Positions 13,401-28,400 of a DNA stretch of 64,000 nucleotides are shown here, piece by piece. Numbering within the stretch: position 1 is the stretch's first letter; each line of letters begins with the position of its first letter. The notes beneath the pieces are model-generated. The model did not search any database and had not been told where the DNA came from. It worked only from the letters and a program-made list of their open reading frames with translations. A program made the position numbers and the translations under genes. Source of the stretch: Lingula anatina (Eukaryota > Animalia > Brachiopoda); contig CM120642.1 in NCBI GenBank assembly GCA_051362555.1, positions 9,486,001 through 9,550,000 of the forward strand, read 5' to 3'.

Positions 13401-16400
13401 AGAAATGAATCACAATTTCATTACAAATTGTGCTAAATGAAATAAATTAAATTTGAGCTCAAACGCAAGGGTTCACATATGGTTCAAAACATCTGGCAAA
13501 GATAAGATACACAATGAATGCAAATAAAACAAAAATAATCAGTTAAAAAAGACATTATCAAGACACAGCTCTAATACCTGATTTGAGCGTAGTATTCAGG
13601 AGACTTGTATTACCAGAGAAGGAGGCTAAAGACTGGCGTATACTGTCCCGGGAAGACATCCTCTGTCTCATGCTGGTATTTAAACAGTCTAACCTGTCAA
13701 CAAAGGGAGAAAATCATTAACACTGTGCTTAACACAGTTTCTGTTATCAGACAAAATTTATATTCAAAATTTATTTTACATAATTATGTATAATAAATCT
13801 ACCAGTCCAATAAATTACTGTTTGGTTTAGAAACATTTCCAGTCTGTCCGATACATATAGATTATAAAAGTAAAAACACTGACAAAAAAGACTGCACATT
13901 TGTGTGCTGCTTTTCAAATTAAATCTATCACAAACGAAAAGAAGAAGACTGTAGTGTTTGACAAAATGCATAATTATATATCTTACACCCTTGGAGAGTC
14001 AGAGGTTGAATTGAGTCTGGTATCTTTTTCCCAGCAGTCATTGGGGTCATAGAAAACATCTTCTGCTGCACTTTCAGATTCACCCTGTGTCAAGTTAAGA
14101 ATAAAACTATCATCATTTTATAAAATTAAAAATAATAATATGTATCATCTTGTAATTTAACAAACATTCTTGTTTAAAATAATCAAAATAAGCACCTATT
14201 ACACAGAGTCTTAACAACTTTGAAATACGAAGTCTAAGACATTTATCCATAAACAAAAGTAATGTCTTTGGTCTGTACACAATTTATTCCAGGGCCACAG
14301 CATACCTGATACAATTCTCTCATCTGTACTAACTTAGCCTCAAACTTCTGCAATGTCCAAAAGGTACTGATGCTCAACTTCTTGTTGCTGACTTTCACCA
14401 GAATCTGGTTTTCACCATCTTTGGTGATGTCTTCTCTGTTGAACACCTAAAAGGATTGGAAATTTTTAACACATATCTTACATTCAATATGTTCAAATGG
14501 AAAAGGTAATGCTGATAAAAAAGGTGGCTTTAAGTTTCAAAATAAAAAAATTAATCTTGCAGCATTACTGACTGAAACAAAACAAGCAAATGTTCTAACC
14601 AAGCCTTTTTCATCACAAAAATTGAAAAATCTTTTTTGTTCACTTTTTAATCCTTTAATAGCAAAATAATGAAAAAAAATTTGAACATCATGATATCAAA
14701 AACTTACTGTGTTCTTCTTCAAGAACTGTGCAATTTTATTAGCCTCTCTCAGAAGTAAGGCAACTCGATACAAGTCCACACGTCCACTCTGGACCTCAAC
14801 ACGAGGTTTTGTGAAGAGAGCTGTTGGAACCTCTCTCTCCTGTCTAATGGCCACAAGGCGTTGCACCTCTTCGGTAATTTTCTTTTTCTCCTTTTCTAGT
14901 TCATCCAAAATTTTGCACCTTTCCATAGGAAGTGGTTCTACAGGCTATAGAGAGATATTGAGCAATATATTTGAATCCTTAGGTGGCAAGTATAAATAGT
15001 AAATAACAAAATCACTATGTTCAATATTCCACAAAAGTGAGAAAATGACATTACTTTACTGCTTAGAAAGAGAATTTAATTGTACTGCATTCAGCGAGTT
15101 TCCCATATCTACCTTTTGCTTGGCAGCTTCTTCCATTTCCTGTCTCCTTTTATTAGAGATGACCTCAGATTCCAGCAGCTAAAACATTAAGTAGAGTCTT
15201 GTTTGCCATTGTACCAGTTATAAAGTGTTTTAACCAGAGCAATAATGACCAACTTTTCATCAGTGCACAAACAGAAAACATATATAACAAACATGCAGAC
15301 ATGCATCCACACATCCTTAAAATGGCACTTCATTCAAGTTGTACAATGCTTGATAGCCCATTATTCCTACTAAGTATCTACCTTTCTCCTTAGCTTCATG
15401 TATAACAATAATAATTGTCCTGTAAATTTCCACAATAATATCTTTTAACCAAAAAGATGCACCCTATCCAAAATTATTTTGCTACATTAAGGTCTACCCC
15501 CCTCCCCTGCACACATTAAACAATTAATACAACAATACATACCCTCTTTTGTTCTTCCAGTCTATCAATCACACCCTTAGCCATCAAGTGATCTCTCTCA
15601 GCCTGAGCTTTGCCCGTTTTCTGCTCATACTGAAAAAATTATTCATGCAAGACTATGAGATTAAGAAGGAAAATTAATCAATAAAAAATACTAGAAAAGC
15701 ACTCAGAGATCACAGGCCTCTGCCAATAATAATTTGTGGAGTTATAAGCAAAAATTACCAAATCAGCCCTATCTCAAAATGGTGAAGAATCTTTTTAAAA
15801 TTTCAGGGATCCAAATCACCATCAAAATCTAGATCACCAGCATTTTTAAGTTAACCCATTTCTGACCACTCCAAAAAAATTCATTAAACCCTACCCATAA
15901 CATTTTGAGTTAGGCTGCTGAAAATCAAACAAATAATCAAACAGCCAAACAGAGGTGAAAACATCACCTGGTAAATTTCACAAATAATGTCACTCTATGT
16001 CTACACATGCTCCACCTATCCATCCATATACTCACTAAAGCCTTTTCCAGCTCTGCTAGCCTATCTTCATAACCATGTTTCTGTTTGTTCAGCTCCTTTT
16101 CAGCTTCCTTACGGGTCTTAGCCAGCTCTTCCTGCATCTCCTGTTGAGCTTCCTTACGGGCCTCTTCCAACTCCTTCTGTAGCCTGAGAATGATTATGTG
16201 GAGTTAAATAATATTCCTATTCTTCACTGAATTTATGTAAACACGAAAAAGATAAGAGATAAAAGGGTTTTATGATCATTATCTTAAAAGCATAAGCATG
16301 ACACAAATGCAATCTTTTAGATGCTAGAACTTTTGACAATTAATGAAATAATATATAATAATCCTTTTCATTCAATAAAATGTCATTCAGTTTCAGATTA

Positions 16401-19400
16401 TCAATTTTTGTCATAGTATAATCACAAAAGTTAAAGAGCACCTTGAAGGCCATTTTTTATCTGTTTCCGTAAGCTGACCTCTTTGGCACATTTTACAAAC
16501 AGTATCTTCAACCTCTTCTGGGTCTTTGGTCATATTATTCCCACTTATAGGAATTTCGTTCTGAGAAACTTTGTACACAGCAGCTATGGGCTCAATATTG
16601 CTATTATGAGAAACCAAATCCAGTAATGGTAAAACGCGAGGACTTCGAGCTGACTTCCTGCATCTTTTTTTCGATTTCGAAATAGTGCCAGACTCTAATG
16701 CTGGCGTATCAGGACTACTGGTTTCACTGGCACCTTTTCCACACACAATGTCATCTGTATTTGTTTGCATCTCACCAGAGGGAGTCACAGCTTTATGGCA
16801 GATCTGTTTTTCTGTATCTCCTTGAAATAATGACATATCAAACACTTTGACCTTCGACACACACGAGGTTTCATCATCATTTTCACCAGCATCTGTACCA
16901 ACTACAGGCAATATCCTGGGACTACGAAAAGAAGACCTTTGTTTTTTCTTCCCACAAATCATGCTCTCTACTTCTGTTTTCTTTCCTTTCCTGAGCCGAA
17001 GAAAAGCGTCTGCTGCCCTTCTTACCACTGACATCACTCTACTGGATGATGAATCACCATTTTCCATCGTATCACAAAAACAGGTACTTTGGGCACTTAG
17101 CACAAGGTTTCCTGGCACACTTTCATCAACATGTATTTTATTCATGGATGATCTTTTGACAGGATGCTTTGGTCGTCTGGTTGAAATTTTACCTTTGTTC
17201 TTGTTACACCACTCAGGATTCTCATTACCATCTCCTAATCCAGTAAAGTAGTTAACTGTACCTTTGCCATGAAGATAGTTGTTCAATGCATCTTCTCCAT
17301 CTGATAAAATAAGTGGGGGTAAATCTAGGTCATCATCCATGTCTAAAGAGGGACTGTCTGGACAATTTCTCTTTTTCATCTGAATAACAGGAACGTCTTC
17401 CCCTCTATCTGACTCTAAATAAAATGAATCTTTGGACACACATTTAGGACTACTGGCACCAAGCTGGTGGCCATTGGCCAATTTGAATTTCTGTTTTTCC
17501 AATTTAGACACTGTCAGGCAATCCTCCTTTACTTCACCGTTAACAAGCTTGCTGTTATTGCCTTTTTGTGTTACAGCTTTTATTTCCAATATGTTTTTAC
17601 CTGCTACACAACTGATTAAATCCGTTTCCCCGTTTTTCAATTTCCGGGGTTGTTTCTGATTAATTAATAAAGGAGAGTTAGGTGTATCAACTGCAGGGAG
17701 TTCTCCAGGAAAGGACAAAGATTTCATGAAGCAGTGAGAATATTTTGATGATATTTGTTCCACTTCTAAATCTTTTTCCTCATCACGAACACATTTTGCA
17801 GTATTAAAGTCACTGCAACGTTCACCAATTTTTTTTTCAGGTGATCTATCACCTGAAAATAAAACATGAGTTGGACTGTCCTGGTTAGAGCTACCCTCCT
17901 CTGACTGGTAAGTCTTCCTTTTTAACTGTTCTATTCCCATGGAAGGAAAAATGCCAATGCCACATGTGCCCTCCTTAAAAGTTAAATGACCAACTTCGTT
18001 TCACCTGATTAGTACACGCACACATCTTTCCAGAACTATTTGATTTCAAAATCAACAAATTTTCTTTTGCCTGGCAACAGCACAATTCAGCTTCAGGTTC
18101 CCAGATACCACTCACAAAATTAATAACTTCATCATTAATTCTGTCACTCCCTTGATGCCACTCCACAATATCTAACCCGTTGCTTTCTTTGCTAAGCATT
18201 CCTTCATTTTCCTGGTTACGATTCTCGATTTCTGCCACTTCATCTGCAAGGGTTTGTTTAACAATAACTTTAGCGTTGCCTTCATCCAGATTCTCAGAAC
18301 TCTGACAGCAAGACTGTCTTTTTCTTGGAACCCACTGAAGAAATCCCGCTCCCTTTCTCTTGTTACCCTGACAACTTGTTCTTGATACTGGCTCATCTTT
18401 CCCTCCTATGAGCGATTTGAAAATATCTGACGCACTCCTACTTCTCCTCAGTTTCATGTTCTTTTTTGCCGTCTCTGTTGAAAGCAATATGAGTGCTCAA
18501 ACCATTAAAAATATGTCTCGTCTATTTTCACTGTTGACCATTTTCAATGTATTAAGCTCTCCTTGGCATATCCACTTACAGGAATAGGTTACAACATGCA
18601 TTAACTGGCAAACAACAAGTTGCCAAAACTGCTCCAAGCTTCAGCCTGTTACAAGCATGGAAAGACTTTTCAGGCATCTGTTATAAAATACTTCATCCAA
18701 TAATAAACTGGGCTTGTAATGAAAAAAAGCCTGCTATGATATGGCTAAGGGAGATTAACCAATATGTCAATCAATAGTTCATATTGATATAACCAGATGT
18801 AATCTTGCAAATCAAATGTGTTAAATTAGACATGCATGATTTTTATTTGTTTGTCGAATTTTTAATGAGAATTGGACAATACGATCATTAATAAACCATA
18901 TTCATAATAGATTGGGTGCTTGTAGACATATTATTTACTTCTGACAAATTGATTACTTGAAGCAACAATCACAAACGTTAATGACCTAGTCAACATTGAT
19001 TTTTTTAACCTTTTACAGAGAAAAACAGATAATTCTTCATAATTCTGCCTTATTATATAAACCTGATCAACATTTTCTTAAAACACAAGGTGAAATACAA
19101 TGGTAAGTAGCCTTATTTTGTAACAACAGTATAAATATAATATTAATAATAGTTTTTTTATACATCTAAATTTAAAGCTATTTTTACTCCTGGACCAATA
19201 GTTTAGTATCTAACAAGACAACTTTTTCAGTGAATGAGTTTACAGGTCTTGTGCAGAGCATTACATGCCTGATAATCACAGTAAGAAAGAAAACTGAACT
19301 TCACCAGATTAGAAGTTTTTCATTATTCCCAAGAAGCATGTAATTGCTGCATCCGAAATGGAGTTATATCAAAACATAATGAATGCCAACCAATTTAAAT

Positions 19401-22400
19401 CATTATCTTTGCCAACAAGATATTTACAGGATATATAATTGATTAAGAGGGAAATAAGTAATTGAAAATTTAACTAAAATTGGGTCTTTTAATATTTTTC
19501 ATAGATTTGTTATTTATCTATAATTTATTTATTTTACTTTTTTTATATATTTTTTTATTTATTTTGGTAAAGGCACTCTTCATGTGGTCTCTGGTTTCAT
19601 ACAAGATCCTTCTATGTCACTATAATACTTTGATGTCATTACGGAAGGAAATCAATAATTTTCTCCACTGTTCCAATACAAGCCATTGTTAATGCACGTT
19701 TATACACAGAATCAGCTGTCTGATTAAAAGGTAGTAAGATTAATGGATCGATAGCTGATTAATGGCATAATAAATAAGGCACTGGAGGTAAAAATATGCC
19801 AGCATGATGTGACGAAACCACACCTTGCACAGGTATGGCAGAATTGGAATATTCTTTCTTCTGTCACCATTCAATGTGCATTTTAAATGGACTATTTTGT
19901 TTGAGGGAAGGATGGGGAAGAAAGAGAATGTTTTTGTTGCCAATACATTAAAACTAACAAAGCTTCCACATCATCTCTCTCACCTCTTAAAACCACACCA
20001 GTATAACCTACCTTGCATTCTGAACTTTTATCAACTCCTGTCGGGCAAATTCAAAATCTCGTATTTGTCCAGAGGTGGCAGTTTTTCTTCCTCTCTGGAC
20101 TTCTAGGGGGTGGTTGAATCTGTAGACACAAAAATTTTGTTTGAGAAATTTTATTGAACACAAAAGCAAACTGTAACAATGAAACATCAATGTCCCGATA
20201 ATTTCAAAAACAGAAACAGTGAAATTCTGTAATCTTTTGAATAAAATTTTATATTTTTTCAACTATGCACTAGCAGACAGGACGGGTCTGGACTAAAACC
20301 ATGTGTACTGCCAGTGCTGGCACTGGTGGTACAATATGTAAATTAAACCACAGCCATCTTCATACCAACCTGAAGTAGTGATCCCCCATGATAACCCTAT
20401 CCCCATGGTGGAGAATGGTCGGACCCGTTATTAATTCACCATTGACAAATGTCTGGGCATCCTGATGTGGAGTGATGCTGATAACAGACTCCACGTTATT
20501 GATGGTGCTGAAAGTAACAAACAAACTGTGATTTAGCAACAAATAAAATCTTCTATTAATCTATACCCAGAAGACTTCTAATACTGAATCATATCAAGAT
20601 GACTGAATTTAGAAATAGTGTGACTATTCATTTTGACTTCCATTGTTTTTCTTCAACTATTCAAATGACTGAACATAATGATCATATATGATTATATAGT
20701 GTTATATCAAAGATGTTGTATTCCCGTTTCTTCTTCTTTTGTTTGTATCTTACTGTTTTTAAGGATTGGCATGAGAATTAAAGAAGGTTCATTAAAAAAA
20801 AAGTCTTATTTTGCAAAGTCTAGAATAAGATTTTCATATAGAGAGAAATTGCATTATCGAGGTCGAGTGGAACTTAGGCTATCAAACAGTTAATAAATTA
20901 CCAGTGATCATCTGCTATCAGCGCCCCCTGGAGTTGAATGTCATGCTTAGACTTCTCCTTCTGTCGCCCCACCTTGGTCTGACCTTCCTTTATGACATAG
21001 AGCAGCAGTTCAGACAGCTGCGCATCCTCGCTCAGGTTAACAAGGTTAGGCATGCTGTTGTCTATTTTCAATGCCACACCAGATTTCTATAAATAAACAG
21101 TGCATGACTTTAAGAGAGATTTTACCATCATTTTGGAAAAACTCACCAACTCTCCATGAATTGCCATTTCAAAACTGTTTTTATGACATAACACCGACCA
21201 AAAAAGAGTGCTGATTGATTATTTCTTTCAAAACCTGACAACTTAATCATCACAACCCCATTGCAGTTAAAGATCTATTTTGAAATTATGAAGACTCAAC
21301 TGAAATCCTAAAATATAATCAGATATCAACCATACCTCCAGCAGTCTGGATTCCTCTAGCTTTTTCTCTTCAGACCTCTTTAACCTTTCCTGCCAAGACC
21401 TGCAAGTACAAAGACAAAACAAATATTACTGAAACAAAGCTATAATGCAGTATGAATTCTTCAACTACAAATCTAGCCTTTTCCAACTACCAAGAAAGCA
21501 GTAGCGAAACATAATAAAATGTGACATAATACAACTTAATTGAAAGTAAAATAAAGTCATCGTAAGCAACTGCTGAAAAAATTAGCAGAAGCATGAACCT
21601 GGTGAATACTAACTTTGTAGCCTCTGCCATCTCTTTTTCCTTAATGACCAGTTGTTCCTTCAGTGCAGCTACCTCTGCCAGGCTGGCATCTACCACCTCC
21701 TCTCCCATCACTCCTGTCTTGGCACGTAGCTTCTCAATCTCTGCTCTCAATTCTGAACAAACAATTAATTTTTTTTCAAGTTACAAATATCTTTATAGTA
21801 ATAATACCCTTTTGTCACAAACTGCCGAAAAATTACTCACATGAGATATTTCAATCAAATAGTATTTTTGCTTCTATATTTCACCAAACTGATGAAACTT
21901 TTAAAACATCTATGTGACAAATATCTTATTACAGGAAGACATTGCATAAAATAAATATTCATATACAAATAAAATATTATTTCATTTGTCATGGCAATTG
22001 TACATTTCACAGTGATGAAAATCCAGGCAGTTTGAATACCCCTATGCAAAATTACTCATACCTGCCTGGATTTCAATCTAAACTGTCACAATAAAATGCA
22101 AACTTATTTATGTTTCTTATATTTACTATTATATTTACTAGTATATCAAGGATATGCCCAGTCATACTCTCCCTACCAACACCACCACCACCAACAACAA
22201 CAACACACAGATCATGAGAATTAATACCAACCTCTTATAATTCTTGCTTTAGGATCCTCATTGACCTTGACAACATTGACAATATTCCTGGCCTGCTTGG
22301 CATAGCGCAGTGTGCTCAGTGTCTCCTCTACGTAATAGTTGGTGGGGCTTATAGTGGCTATCATGGCGGTCTGAGAGTTACCACCAAGGCTCTCCTTCAA

Positions 22401-25400
22401 CATCCTGAAATAGTGGCAAGACTTTCTGATTATTTGAAATTATATATAAAGAAAATCAAAAACATGATGCTTTTCCCCCGGAGTGGAAAATGGAGGATTC
22501 TTGTTATTGGAGTGACCTGAAAGTAACCTTTACTCTCATTTCTCCACTATGTAATTGATGAGCTAAATAAATTAAATGATGGAATTTACCAGATAAAAAA
22601 CAATCACGATAACCAGCCTTCCCCTCCCATCATCTATTTCAATACAATCAGGCTTGCAGTAACATTGTATTTTTTTTATTAACAACAACTGTTGATCTAA
22701 TATCTCCACTCATTGATTTCTTCATTGCCTTTGCCATGACCACAACCCCTGAATTCACAAGATTCTTTAAGACCAACTTCATTATGCCAATTACAAAGTA
22801 GTCTTAAAACAGTCCAAAATCTTCTGACGTCTTGTTCAACAGGTCCAGGGTGTCACAATGTGATCTCAATGGACCTACCATGTCAGCACCGAGTCCCTGT
22901 AAGGTATGAACAGTGTTTTCTTCTTCTTGGAACTCATAGACTGCTCTGACAACAGGGAGATCACCTTCCCCAGGGCATGCAGTGAGCGGTTGATGTTTGC
23001 ACCTTCCTAGAAATAAAGCACATAGATGAAATGTAGTTAAGATTCAGTAATTTTTTGTGCTCAAACCTAAGACTACTGAGAAGTACTCGTAGTCCACAAA
23101 GAACCTAGAGGTTGCTTTACTCCTTTTATCAGTCTTTTAATGAAGTGGTGCTTTCTTGATGACGACTTTTGCTCAAGGTGGTGATAGCAGCCCATTTGGA
23201 TATGTCAAGTACAATTAATATGGACCCATCATTCCCAAAAGCTCTTATTATAAATAATGCAGTTGATTCTACATAATCAGCTATCCGTTTTTAGTAGCCT
23301 ATGTTTAGTCGCTTAACCCAAGAAGTTAAGAGCTTTTGTACAAGCCCTTTGCTACTTACTCTCAGCCTGTCTCCAGATGTGTTAGCTGTAGTCTGTCTCT
23401 CACTGCCAGCTAAGTCTATCAGGTTGATTTTACTTGTAGTTGAGTGTTCATGGACTTCACCATCCAATGTATCACTCTAAAAAGAAAATAATAATAATAA
23501 ATTATGCTGCAGTTAATACAAAACAAAACAGTAAACCCAACATTTTCAACAGTTTAATTTATAAACTAATTAAAAATGTCTCTCCTGCTGAAAATTTTAA
23601 ACCTTTGCTTCAAATGACATCTTGAGACATACCAGATGAAATCTTGCCTACTGCCTACTATTGGATAAGAAAACCTTTATCATAATCATTTTAAAAGGTC
23701 AGTGGTCTATATAAAGAAAACATATGACAGGCAAAATACTCTTTCTAACACCACATCATAAGTCTACACTTCAACTACTTCAATTTCCACTAATGAGACA
23801 TGACAATTAAAAACTAATCCTTTCAAAAACTAGTCTGACACCAAACCTACTCTGGTTAAATTGCCCTACACAAGTGGCCAGCATTGCAAAGTGCATTAAT
23901 ATGTCATTATTCTGATACTCACCCTGGTTTGTGTCATGACAATGGTGAACACAGAATGAGACCTGCTGCTCTTGTCGTTCATCCCCGTGGCAGCAGTGGC
24001 TCTCTGCTTGTTGCCAAGGTTAATCCAGCCCTGTGAACACATATTCAGATGATTTGTAGAACAAATGTTTCTTTGGGAAAAAAATGCTGCATATATTATT
24101 TAGACCATTTATCCATCTAGGATCCATTATGTCAGGATTCTTCTTGTGAAAAAATAGATACCAACACCAGTCTGTCTCTTTTTCAAAAATGCAAATGGAT
24201 GGAAAGATAGGAAGTACAATCTTATGCTGATATAACCATTCTCCCCTCCCCTTGCCACACAAAAAGGGGCGAGATGGTAAAAACAACAAATTTAGCTTAA
24301 TTTGTTCTACCAGGTCACAAAATATTATTTTCAATAATAAATCTTACCTGTATATCTTCATAGGAGTTGACCACGTGAGATGAGAGGCCCTCCACATAAG
24401 GACCTAACACAGGGTGTTCTCTAACTTTCAACTGAAATTGATACAGTAAAGAAAAATATCAAATTAATGTCTTTCACAGTGAAAAATTTGAAACAATTTT
24501 TAAAAATCAAAACATACATTACCAAAGATACATTACTGGTCCAAACTTATTAAAAATTCCCAGGTTTTTTCAGACATCCAGGTTGAAAATTCACATCCAT
24601 ATTTTTGTGTTGTCATTATCTAGTGCCATATATTAATCATGTCTTACAGGATTTTAACCATAATTTAACACTAATAATACATACAAATGCAAAAATTTCC
24701 CTTTTTTTGAATTACCACATATAAAAAATCTACAATACATAAACCTTCAACAATGAAAAACCTCAACACAATTTTCAACAGTGCTTGACAAACAAAAGCA
24801 AAAACTGAACAAGATCTCCTCTATGTCAATCTCCAAATCCTTTTGCTGATAGAAACACATTTTAAATTAACACAAAATTTGATAAATTAGCATAAGTGTG
24901 TTATGAACATAGTTGATATTATCAAAATCAAATACAATTTTAACAGTACACAATAATACAAATAAAGCATGAATCGGATGCTCTGCTGTATTTCTCCACT
25001 CACAGGCATTTTATTTCTCAACGTTATATTTTTCTCCTGCAAATACAAGTAACAAAGTTCAAACAATGTGAAATAGGGACCTGTGACCTGTTATATGCTG
25101 CAGATTGCAGATGCAGTTTACAGAAGAAAATAACAATCATGTCCAATTAAAAACAAACCAAGTACAAAAAATTCACTTAACTTTCATTCCATGACATGCA
25201 TACTTACACCAGGTCTTTTCTCTCCCATGTCCTTGGTAGTTTGTGATGTCAGAAGATCATGAATTCTTTCGTTGTAGATCTCATAGAAACCAATTTCCAC
25301 ATTCACGCTGACCTAATTAGACAAGAAATCTCACTCAGTATCTAGCTAGGCACTTTTAAACCCGATAAACATGACAGCCACAATTCTTACACAAAAAGAA

Positions 25401-28400
25401 AACATAAAACCTTGGAACTTTTGAAGAAATGAAAATTAAATTTCACACCCTGTTACTCACTTTTGTAATTCACAACCAATCTGAAACACTTATACAGTAT
25501 ACCACATTCAAGATGGAAAACTTCCCATCATTCTGAACAACACCCAAACTTGTTTTATGCAAAGCTGAAACGATTCCAACTACCCACTAAGATCCAGTTA
25601 CACTGAACACAATCAACTTATTGCAACACCTTGTCTTTTATCTTTTTTATTTTCACACCAAACAGCAAGCTGCATTACATATTTAACCAGACTATTTAAG
25701 ATGGAAAAGCTTATTTTTCTAAGACATTATAAATAGAGTGCAGCAAAATGCATGTTATGGTTTCTCTAAATAGGTTTATCTTACATTTAAAATTATTCTG
25801 TTTGTGTCTACTTTCCGCAAGGTATATACAATCCAACATAAGGCAGGTGAATATAGTACTACAATTAATGTGTTAACAATAAATGCTATTTAACATTGAA
25901 AGAGTATAATATACTTACTTCTTTCATATCCTGCATTCTGACAAAGAGTTCTTCACTAAATCTTGGGATGATTCCAATGTCTTCACCATGGCCCATGATG
26001 CTATGAAATAAAATAATTATTAATAAATTTAAAGACCAATCTAAAAAGTTCATTTTTATTTACATTATGTCTTATACAATTGATCATCCTGTATCTTTTT
26101 CTTCAGAAAACAATACTTAAAATAAACAATTCAGCTATGTCACAACAACCAGTTTTATCAAAAACTTTTAAAAAATGTAAATTTAAATATCAACAAAAAA
26201 AAAAAAAAAAAAAGAAAACTGAATTTCATCTTAAGTCCCAACTTAATCCTTTTGTCTAATAATAAAAGATATTATTGGGAGTTTTTATCAAAAAATCCCT
26301 CTTTCACATGAAATAAACAAACCTGTAGCTTTTCCCACTGCCAGTCTGTCCGTATGCAAACAGGCACGTGTTGTACCCCTCCAATGCCTTCCCCAGCAGG
26401 GGCTGGGCCAGGACATTGTATATGTACTCCTGACTGGCAAACTCTCCCTGAATTTGGTCAAAGGACCAGAATGAGAAGTCGTATGTGAAATTGTTGACCT
26501 GTCCGTTCTCCTGGGTCACTATGGTCTCGTTTTCGTCCATTTTGACTACACATCGTACCTTATCATCTGCAAGTTCTCTGAAAATAATCAATTAAAGAAA
26601 AATTGTAAGGTTGGTCAATTCTATGCAAAATTGGTAAGAGAAAGTATTTTTCATATACCTCTCTGAAAACATATATCTTAATTGTTTCAGAAATGATCGG
26701 CTTCATACTGTAAGAACAGAAGGATTTACTATTCTCATGATTTCATTACTCTAAAAAAATTTTTAAAAACTAAAACTTACAGCAAAATATCTTATCTAAA
26801 CAAAAGTCATTGCTCAATCCTCCAAAAGCAGCTTATATTAGCTGATGATTTCCTCGTAAACAAAAAATCCATAGCTTAAAACTCTAAATCACCTTCTAAC
26901 TAGTTTTTGAGTTTGGTTTATAATCAAACTTTGATTTAAGATTTACTTTGATTTATCAGATTTGTCTTCAAAATGGATGTTCAAAAGTCTACTTGTAACC
27001 TTCTCATTAATATTTTATTGAATCAGATGTGTAAAAACTGAAATACCATTCAGTCAAAGCAAAACTAAAAAAAAAATCAAGGTAGAAATATCAATAACAG
27101 TTGCCCTTCTGATGTATAAACAGACTTGTAAAGAGCAGAGTTTGGTCTGTATCCAGAATAAAATCAATGCCAGTGTGACCAAAGGTTGGTACACAATACA
27201 GCATGTAAGCACAATAGTAACTGTTTAACCTGGTTTCTCCTTTTGGCTCAGACCAATCAATAGTTGCAAAGTCAAGGTGTCCACAGTGCAGCTGTGGGTA
27301 CTTGATATTCTGACATTAAAGTGTATTTCAGAAATTTGCAAGACAATAATAACTGATAGTAATAACAATTATGCTTATTTTCAGGTATGGGCCATAAATT
27401 ATAATCATTTACATAGCAAACATAACAAATCATCTAAATAATTCTTTAATGATTAAAGGTCTTACATATTATTAACAAAATTTCTAAGTCATTCTTTTTA
27501 TTCTTAGGTGTGTATCAAATTATTTCTCATCAGTAATTATTAATAGATCTGGCAAGATTTCAAAATTTAAATCTTTACTACTTCACAGTTTTTTTTGTGG
27601 CAATCAAATGAAACATCTACACTAAAATTTCAAAACTTGCAACAAAAACTTTTCGTAAAAACTTATAAGGGTAATAATTTCATTTTTCCTTCTATCTCTC
27701 TTTCAATTTTTCTTCTTTAGTTACAAGCATGAAAATTTCAAGTCACTTTTAACAATTTCTCAACTAATATTCAAGGAAAAAAGACTTAAATCAAAATTCT
27801 TTCTAACACCAGGGCTTTAACTTCCCAATATGCTACGCAATCTTAATATGTGTAATCTCAGACTCTCACCTGGCGTTAAATGGCCTCACCCTGACGGCCA
27901 CAGTGACCCCACAGCTATCCTCGCCAGAGTTCTCTAGGGCAGACAGGCTGGATCTACGGGGTAACTTTGTGGCAGGTACCTGCAGGTCATCCTTCCTGAA
28001 AATGGTCCTCAACTTTTTATTTATTTTATTTATTTTTCTTTTGTGAGTGGTTACTGATTTTTTTCTATATGAGAATATTCTTTTCATATATTCTACTGAT
28101 TTTTTTCTATATGAGAATATTCTTTTCATATATTCTAATTGAAAAGGCAGAAAAAGGACAGTGGTTATTTTTTTTTAGAAAAAAAAAAAAGAATTTCAGT
28201 TTTGTTACACTATTCAAATTAATAGAAATTGGCTTAAAGATAAATAGAAAAAGATCTAAAAAAACATGTTATGTATTAAATAGCAGGATAAACACCTCAA
28301 CAGGATAGAGAGCAGCTCTTTCCCCCATCAGCAAAAATATAATACTCATATTATACATAATACATATATGAATCCTGGGATTAAAGTCTCTTTACCTAGA

